A stretch of DNA of 46,623 nt, from sequence record SRR16203515_2548; one strand, 5' to 3'. The position numbers were made by a program, and so were the translations under genes. Shown in pieces: positions 40,571-46,623 of the stretch (positions are counted from its first letter, which is position 1; each line of letters opens with the position of its first letter). Below the pieces are notes generated by a model. It was not told the origin of the DNA. It saw only the letters and a program-made list of their open reading frames with translations, and searched no databases.

Positions 40571-41707
40571 ATGAATGTTTTGGTTTTAGGTGCTGGTCAA
40601 CTAGCACGCATGATGGCATTGAGTATTAAACCACTTAACGTCAGTGTACTTGCTTATGATGTCACAACAAAGCGGGTTGTTAACCCACTTGCGCCTGAAC
40701 AAATAATTGGCGACCTTGCGTCAGGTATTGAATTTGCAGATGTTATTACCGCAGAGTTTGAACATGTCGCTCATGATGTACTCGCCCAGTGTGAAGCATC
40801 AGGCAAACTAAAACCAAGCGCCAACGCCATTAAAATTGGTGGTGACCGCCGTTTAGAAAAAGCGTTATTAACGCAATGTAAAGTAGCTAACGCGCCACAT
40901 TTGATCATAAAAAACGAACCAGATTTCAAGCAAGCGATTAATCAACTTTCACTGCCAATTATATTAAAAAGTGCATTAGAAGGTTACGACGGCAAAGGGC
41001 AATGGCGCTTAAAATCTGTCGACCATGCAGATGATATTTGGCAAGACATCGAACGTTTTATTAGCTCGAATCCAAATCAAGGTGTCATTGCTGAGCAAAT
41101 GATTCCATTTTCTCGCGAAGTCTCATTGGTTGGTGCTCGTAGTGTTAGTGGTGAAGTGAAGACTTATCCCCTTACCGAAAATCATCACACTGACGGCGTT
41201 TTATCAGTATCAACGGCACTTTGTGACAACGAAGACTTGCAACAACAAGCATCAGAGGTTTTTGCCCGCTTAACGCAATCAATGAATTACGTAGGTGTAC
41301 TAGCCATTGAATTTTTCCAAGTCGGAGACACTCTACTAGTTAATGAAATCGCTCCTCGCGTTCATAATTCTGGACATTGGACGCAGCAAGGCAGCGATTG
41401 TTGCCAATTTGCAAATCATATCCGTGCCGTCAGCGGCTTACCATTAGGAGCCACAGAATTAACGCGTCCAACAGCTATGATCAATATTCTCGGCGAAGAT
41501 ACGCTACCACAGGCAGTATTAGGCATGGATGGCATAAACGTTCATTGGTATGGCAAAGAAAAGCGTGCTGGACGCAAGATGGGGCATATTAATGTATCAG
41601 GTCACGATACAACGCAACTAAACCAACGCCTGATGGCTATTGCAGCGTTGTTGCCAGCAAATACATTTTCCGATATCAAGCAATATATTAACGAGCAATG
41701 CTCTTAA
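40571..41707 (+). CDS. purK: N5-CAIR synthase
   Basis: GAGQLARM, GYDGKGQ, NEIAPRVHNSGH, RKMGH. Confidence 0.97.
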   Translation: MNVLVLGAGQLARMMALSIKPLNVSVLAYDVTTKRVVNPLAPEQIIGDLASGIEFADVITAEFEHVAHDVLAQCEASGKLKPSANAIKIGGDRRLEKALLTQCKVANAPHLIIKNEPDFKQAINQLSLPIILKSALEGYDGKGQWRLKSVDHADDIWQDIERFISSNPNQGVIAEQMIPFSREVSLVGARSVSGEVKTYPLTENHHTDGVLSVSTALCDNEDLQQQASEVFARLTQSMNYVGVLAIEFFQVGDTLLVNEIAPRVHNSGHWTQQGSDCCQFANHIRAVSGLPLGATELTRPTAMINILGEDTLPQAVLGMDGINVHWYGKEKRAGRKMGHINVSGHDTTQLNQRLMAIAALLPANTFSDIKQYINEQCS

Positions 41708-41716
41708 TTGATGCAA

Positions 41717-41752
41717 AGTCACTTCAAAAGTTTACTGATTTTTGAAGTGACT
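41717..41752. terminator. Probable bidirectional terminator between purK and yrdD
   Basis: 13-bp inverted repeat AGTCACTTCAAAA-N10-TTTTGAAGTGACT between convergent stops. Confidence 0.65.
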
Positions 41753-41761
41753 AATTACTGG

Positions 41762-42316
41762 TTAGACTTGTTTATGACTACAAGCCTTTTTAGCACAAAC
41801 TAGCCGTTTCTCACCGCTCATTTTACGTTCGAGCAATAATCCAAATTGGCACTTTTCGCACTCGCCGACTACCGGATGATAATTAACGGCAAACTTACAT
41901 TTTGGATAATTATCACAGGCATAAAATGTTTTCCCATAACGAGAAACACGCTGTGCAATATGCCCTTTTTTGCACTCAGGACAATCAATAACCTCTTCTT
42001 CATCTTCTGTATGTTCAATATGCTTACACGCTGGATAATTAGTGCAACCAATAAAGATACCATATCGTCCTTTCTTAATAGCGAGTTCATGACTGCATTC
42101 GGGACACACAGAGCCTGCAATAATCTGATGCTCCATATTTTCATGCTCAACCAACGGACGACTGTAGTCACATGCCGGGTAGCCAGTGCACCCTAAAAAA
42201 GGACCATGCTTAGAATTTCGGATCTGCAAAGATAACGAACATTTAGGGCAAGATTCGTATTCTTTTTCAAGCGCATGTTCGTGATGTGAAAACAACTCTT
42301 CATGTTGTTTAGTCAT
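41762..42316 (-). CDS. yrdD: Topoisomerase I C4 zinc-finger domain protein YrdD
   Basis: Repeated CP.C...GPFLGC..YP.C modules. Confidence 0.92.
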   Translation of the reverse strand: MTKQHEELFSHHEHALEKEYESCPKCSLSLQIRNSKHGPFLGCTGYPACDYSRPLVEHENMEHQIIAGSVCPECSHELAIKKGRYGIFIGCTNYPACKHIEHTEDEEEVIDCPECKKGHIAQRVSRYGKTFYACDNYPKCKFAVNYHPVVGECEKCQFGLLLERKMSGEKRLVCAKKACSHKQV

Positions 42317-42507
42317 GGCATTATCCGGCGGTTATTCAAGTAGTTTAATTATAGCGATTTGGCGACAAAATGTGAATAAATAGCCTTCGCTAGGTCATAT
42401 TTTGTAAACAAAAATTTGTTTCACCTATTCACGTTTTACATCAACTCCAAATCCCCGTAGGATAAGCATCGAAAACAAAAATAACCAATAAATTTTAGGG
42501 CTTTTTT

Positions 42508-44664
42508 ATGAAGAAATTTACCTTAGCGCCACTTGCGCTTGCCATTGCACTTGTTGGCTGTGATTCAGCAAAAACTCCAACAGCTACGCAAGAAAAACCA
42601 GCCGTTGAACAACAAAAGTTGCTAGCTGATAGCAACCCGTTTTCTAAAAAATGGGGCACGGCACATGAAATGCCTAATTTTGCAGTCATTAAAAACGAAC
42701 ATTACCTTCCTGCATTTAAAGCAGCTATCAAGCAACAAAAGCAAGAAATAGACGCGATTGTAAATCAAAAATCAGCGGCAACGTTTGAAAATACGATTGA
42801 AGCAATTGAATTCAGTGGTAACTTGCTAGATAAAGTTGCAGGCGTATTCTACAACCTAACATCAGCAGAAACTAACGATGAGCTTAAAGCAATCGCCAAA
42901 GAAGTTTCTCCATTGCTATCAGCCCATTCAGATGATATTTCATTAAACGATGCTTTATTCCAGCGTGTTGCAGCAGTTTATGATAAAAAAGACAGCTTAG
43001 AATTAACAACTGCTCAGCAAAAACTACTTAAAGATACCTACGTAGGATTTGTGCGAAGTGGTGCTAAATTAGATGCGAAACAAAAAGATCAGATCCGTGA
43101 ACTTAATGCTCAGTTAGCTAAACTAACCCTTCAATTTGGTGACAACTTATTAGCTGAAACCAATGGTTTTGAAGTCGTTGTTGATGACAAAAGCAAGCTA
43201 TCAGGTTTATCAGACTCTGTTATTGCAGCAGCTGCAGCCACCGCGAAAGATCGCGGACAAGAAGGGAAATGGGTATTCACTACACATCGTCCTTCAATTA
43301 CGCCGGTTACTAAATTTGCTGACAACCGTGAATTACGTAAAGAGCTATACCTTGGTTACATCAATCGCGCTAACAACAATAACGAGCACGACAACAAAGA
43401 AATCTTAGCCAAGATAGCTTCATTACGTGTTCAAAAAGCACAATTGATGGGCTACAAGTCTCACGCTCACTTCGTGTTAGAAGATCGTGTAGCTAAGACA
43501 CCTGCAGCGGTTTACGAGCTACTTAACAAGATCTGGCCAACGGCACTTGAGAAAGCAAAAGTTGAAGTGGCTGATATGCAAAAGCTTGTTGACGCTGAAG
43601 GCGGTAACTTCAAGATTGAAGCTTGGGACTACCCATACTACGCTGAGAAGATTCGCAAGGCGCGTTACGATTTAGACGAAGAGCAAACACGCCCTTATTT
43701 CGCGTTAGAGTCTACGCTACAAGGTGTTTTCCACACCGCACAAAAACTCTTTGGCATCACAGTAAAAGAGCGCACGGATTTACCTAAATACCACGACGAT
43801 GTCCGTACCTTCGAAATCTACGAGGCTGATGGCACTTACGTTGGTTTATTCCTCGCTGATCACTACGTACGTCCTGGTAAACGTGGCGGCGCTTGGATGA
43901 ACTCTTACCGTAAGCAATACAACATGAACGACGAAGACTCGACGCCAATCATTGTTAATGTATTGAACTACCCACGCCCAACAGGCGATGCGCCAGCGCT
44001 ATTAACATTCGATCAAGCCAGCACCCTATTCCACGAGTTTGGCCATGCGCTACACGGCTTGTTGTCTGACGGTAAATACCGCTCGCAAACGGGTACTGCA
44101 ACGCCACGCGATTTCGTAGAGTTCCCATCGCAAGTAATGGAAAACTGGATGTTACAACCAGAAGTGCTAGCTCAATTTGCTAAGCACTACAAAACTGGTG
44201 AAGTGATTCCACAAGAACTCGTTAATAAGATCCAAGCGGCAAGTAAATTTAACCAAGGCTTCGCAACTACCGAGTACATGGCAGCAACCTTATTAGATTT
44301 AAACTGGCATTCGCTAGAAGATGACAAGATCCGTGATACTGCCAAGTTTGAAGCTGATGCACTAAAAGAATGGGGCTTAATTAAAGAGATAGATCCACGT
44401 TATCGTTCAACTTACTTCGCTCACATCTTCTCTGGTGGTTACTCTGCTGGTTACTACAGCTACATTTGGTCTGATGTATTCGGTGCCGATGCGTTCGCAG
44501 CCTTCCAAGAAAATGGTATTTTCGACAAGAAAACTGCTGATGCATTTAGAAAGCATATCTTATCATCAGGCGGCAGCGACGATGCTCTTAACTTGTACCG
44601 TAAGTTCCGTGGTAAAGAAGCGAGTATTCAACCACTATTAAAAAGCCGTGGTTTAATCGACTAA
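42508..44664 (+). CDS. dcp: M3A metallopeptidase (peptidyl-dipeptidase Dcp-like), lipoprotein
   Basis: Lipobox LVGC, KRGGAWM, HEFGH, RDFVEFPSQ, GYSAGYYSY.W. Confidence 0.9.
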   Translation: MKKFTLAPLALAIALVGCDSAKTPTATQEKPAVEQQKLLADSNPFSKKWGTAHEMPNFAVIKNEHYLPAFKAAIKQQKQEIDAIVNQKSAATFENTIEAIEFSGNLLDKVAGVFYNLTSAETNDELKAIAKEVSPLLSAHSDDISLNDALFQRVAAVYDKKDSLELTTAQQKLLKDTYVGFVRSGAKLDAKQKDQIRELNAQLAKLTLQFGDNLLAETNGFEVVVDDKSKLSGLSDSVIAAAAATAKDRGQEGKWVFTTHRPSITPVTKFADNRELRKELYLGYINRANNNNEHDNKEILAKIASLRVQKAQLMGYKSHAHFVLEDRVAKTPAAVYELLNKIWPTALEKAKVEVADMQKLVDAEGGNFKIEAWDYPYYAEKIRKARYDLDEEQTRPYFALESTLQGVFHTAQKLFGITVKERTDLPKYHDDVRTFEIYEADGTYVGLFLADHYVRPGKRGGAWMNSYRKQYNMNDEDSTPIIVNVLNYPRPTGDAPALLTFDQASTLFHEFGHALHGLLSDGKYRSQTGTATPRDFVEFPSQVMENWMLQPEVLAQFAKHYKTGEVIPQELVNKIQAASKFNQGFATTEYMAATLLDLNWHSLEDDKIRDTAKFEADALKEWGLIKEIDPRYRSTYFAHIFSGGYSAGYYSYIWSDVFGADAFAAFQENGIFDKKTADAFRKHILSSGGSDDALNLYRKFRGKEASIQPLLKSRGLID

Positions 44665-44689
44665 TATCGATTTCCACAATGCAATTAAG

Positions 44690-44723
44690 AAGGCCAACTC
44701 ATTATCAATGAGTCGGCCTTTTT
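44690..44723. terminator. Probable bidirectional terminator between dcp and the PepSY gene
   Basis: AAGGCCAACTCATT-ATC-AATGAGTCGGCCTT followed by TTT; one mismatch, which is a G-U pair on the minus strand. Confidence 0.8.
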
Positions 44724-44724
44724 G

Positions 44725-45963
44725 TTAGGCGCTTAATTTCTTCTTAAAAACGTATTGCCCGCCAACGATGAGTATCACACTCAAGCCAAACAATGGAAAA
44801 ACAACGGCTAGTAGCGCAATTAAAAGCAATAGCCCATAACCCATTTTAAAAGACTTAGGCACAGCAGGAATACCAAGTCGTTGTCGAGGCTTGCGTTTAA
44901 CATAAGCGATAATAGACGCAATATTTGCCATCAAAAACAATACACAGCCGATCAATAAAATCCACCAATTTGCGCGCCCATACTCTCCTTGGTGTAACCG
45001 CATAAAGACCTGCCTCATATCCATTAAGATCCCAACATCGTCCCAAGTTAGCTGCTTTAAGACTTCACCCGAGTACTGATCAAAATACATCACCTGCTGG
45101 TCGCTAAGCCAAAAGCTCCGATTTGACACTTTAAACGGACTCTCATCTTTTTGCGGTAACTTAATTTCAATCACGCCTTGTAAGCTTTGAGATTGCGCTT
45201 TAAGGACCATCTCATCTAAGGTCAACGGACTGCCAACAATTTGCGAGGAAACTCCCTTATCGCTGCGCCACGCCATAGGGTATCCGCTATCAGTGATCTT
45301 TTGGACGCGTTTTAGATTAGTGCCGAAAACATCTGTCCAAGGCATCGCACCTGCAATGACGATTAACAAAATCAGGCCGATCCAAAAACTGGTTACAGCA
45401 TGTAAATCGCGCCATAAAATTCGTCTTGATGCATTAAAACGAATACTAAAGACTCCCGCCAATTGTTTAGTGCTCGGCCACCATATGATTAGCCCAGTGC
45501 TCAGCAAAACGATAAACCAACTGGCAATGAGTTCGACCACTAGTGTGCCCGGCTTATCTAGCAATAACTCGCCGTGTAACTTACGAATGCTGTACATCAG
45601 AGAATCCGCTTGCTTGAACTCTCCCATCATAGTTCCCGTATAGGGATCTATATACACCAGATGCTTCGTTCGACCTTTGCCCTTGAGTCGAAACACACTA
45701 GCTTGATTGGCATTAGAAGCTAAGGTCAAACTCACCACAGGTAAGTTGCTAAATCGCTGCACTGACGCGAGCTGTTGCTCATAACTAAGCGGCTGAGATA
45801 ATTGAGGAGTTACTTCTGTCATATGATGGTAAAAATAATGATTTACCTCCGCTTTGAACATATAAACAATGCCAGTCACGGTAAGTAAAATGACGAAAGG
45901 TAAAGATAGCAGCCCAGCTATCACATGCCACCGCCAGCACCACTGAGTTATCTTTGGCGACAT
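44725..45963 (-). CDS. PepSY-associated TM helix protein (PiuB-like iron-regulated membrane protein)
   Basis: WRWH..AG, YIDPYTG, LHGEL, RDLH, FDQYSG, LHQG; AGGAGG RBS before ATG 45963. Confidence 0.88.
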   Translation of the reverse strand: MSPKITQWCWRWHVIAGLLSLPFVILLTVTGIVYMFKAEVNHYFYHHMTEVTPQLSQPLSYEQQLASVQRFSNLPVVSLTLASNANQASVFRLKGKGRTKHLVYIDPYTGTMMGEFKQADSLMYSIRKLHGELLLDKPGTLVVELIASWFIVLLSTGLIIWWPSTKQLAGVFSIRFNASRRILWRDLHAVTSFWIGLILLIVIAGAMPWTDVFGTNLKRVQKITDSGYPMAWRSDKGVSSQIVGSPLTLDEMVLKAQSQSLQGVIEIKLPQKDESPFKVSNRSFWLSDQQVMYFDQYSGEVLKQLTWDDVGILMDMRQVFMRLHQGEYGRANWWILLIGCVLFLMANIASIIAYVKRKPRQRLGIPAVPKSFKMGYGLLLLIALLAVVFPLFGLSVILIVGGQYVFKKKLSA

Positions 45964-45975
45964 CAGCAATCCTCC

Positions 45976-46623
45976 TTAAAACTCATACGACAGGCCAGCG
46001 TACAGCGTGCGACCATCGATAGTTCTAAATTTCATTTTACCGCGGCTGTATGTTGCGCGATCTTCCAAAGTATCGGTGAGATTCAAGCCGTTAATCCAAA
46101 ACTTCCAATGCTCATCATATTGATAATTAACGCGTAAATTTATTCGCTCGTCACGTTTAAATTTAGATTCAGGAGAGTTTTGGTGATCAGCAAAGTAACT
46201 TGAATAAAAATCTCCTTCTAATTCAATATTTAGCCCCTCAAGCGGATTCCACGCGACACGAGCGTTGTAATGGTGAGCAGGAGAACGGCGTAACACCTTG
46301 CCAGACAAATCATCATTCGCACCTGCAATTGACTGCACGAATTTGTCATAAGTATTATCGGTATAAGTATGAGTTAAAGACACTCGCCAATCTTGATGTA
46401 AGCGATACTCGAGCACGGTTTCCAAACCGCGAATCGACACCTGTCCAGCATTAGTGACGCGCTGATATTCTGAACCGTCACCACGCACAAATTCTTGCTC
46501 AACGAGGTAATCAGAAATGCGATTGACGTATAACGAACTATCATAACTAAAGCTTCCAATGTGGCCACGTAAGCCAAGTTCAATATTATTCGACTTTTCA
46601 GGGGATAAATTAGGGTTACTACT
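45976..46623 (-). CDS. TonB-dependent receptor, C-terminal part (5' end outside the window)
   Basis: Frame is open from the window edge: SSNPNLSPEKSNNIELGLRG...GLNLTD...GRTLYAGLSYEF with terminal Phe. The ORF-track start at 46488 is internal. Confidence 0.92.
   Translation of the reverse strand, partial: SSNPNLSPEKSNNIELGLRGHIGSFSYDSSLYVNRISDYLVEQEFVRGDGSEYQRVTNAGQVSIRGLETVLEYRLHQDWRVSLTHTYTDNTYDKFVQSIAGANDDLSGKVLRRSPAHHYNARVAWNPLEGLNIELEGDFYSSYFADHQNSPESKFKRDERINLRVNYQYDEHWKFWINGLNLTDTLEDRATYSRGKMKFRTIDGRTLYAGLSYEF

Noticed and set aside
1..46623. CRISPR array, tRNA/rRNA, IS/integrase, prophage or defence genes
   Set aside because: No regularly spaced repeats or such protein motifs seen. 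Intergenic gaps are short (largest about 515 bp) and none resembles a structural RNA gene I recognise.

Overview
Gene-dense chromosomal window from an AT-rich gammaproteobacterium. The gene content suggests a marine Alteromonadales/Shewanella-like organism (inference). Most of it is conserved housekeeping DNA: recG, yiiD-dtd-pip-yihY, cysG/cobA, smg-dprA-LysM(tsaP)/def-fmt-rsmB-trkA, trkH-hemG, moxR-DUF58-tgpA, rlmJ, hemF-tsaC-purEK-yrdD, an M3 peptidase, and the 3' end of a TonB receptor/PepSY pair. I found no CRISPR array, tRNA/rRNA, integrase, transposase, reverse transcriptase or phage gene. I cannot claim a proven new system. The best leads are: (1) two tandem paralogous secreted nucleases (2x lamin-tail domain + Bsn/endonuclease-I core + Ig-like repeats), one missed by the ORF track and the other ending in an unusual aromatic amphipathic tail; (2) a module at 25.4-29.8 kb with a ToxR/CadC-like beta-propeller sensor, a non-lipoprotein MltA and a probably catalytically dead esterase-TPR protein whose signal peptide appears to need an ATA start; (3) a perfect hairpin burying the dprA ribosome-binding site and start codon; (4) a circularly permuted smg...yrdD gene order. 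All calls are by eye from motifs and gene context, with no database searches.
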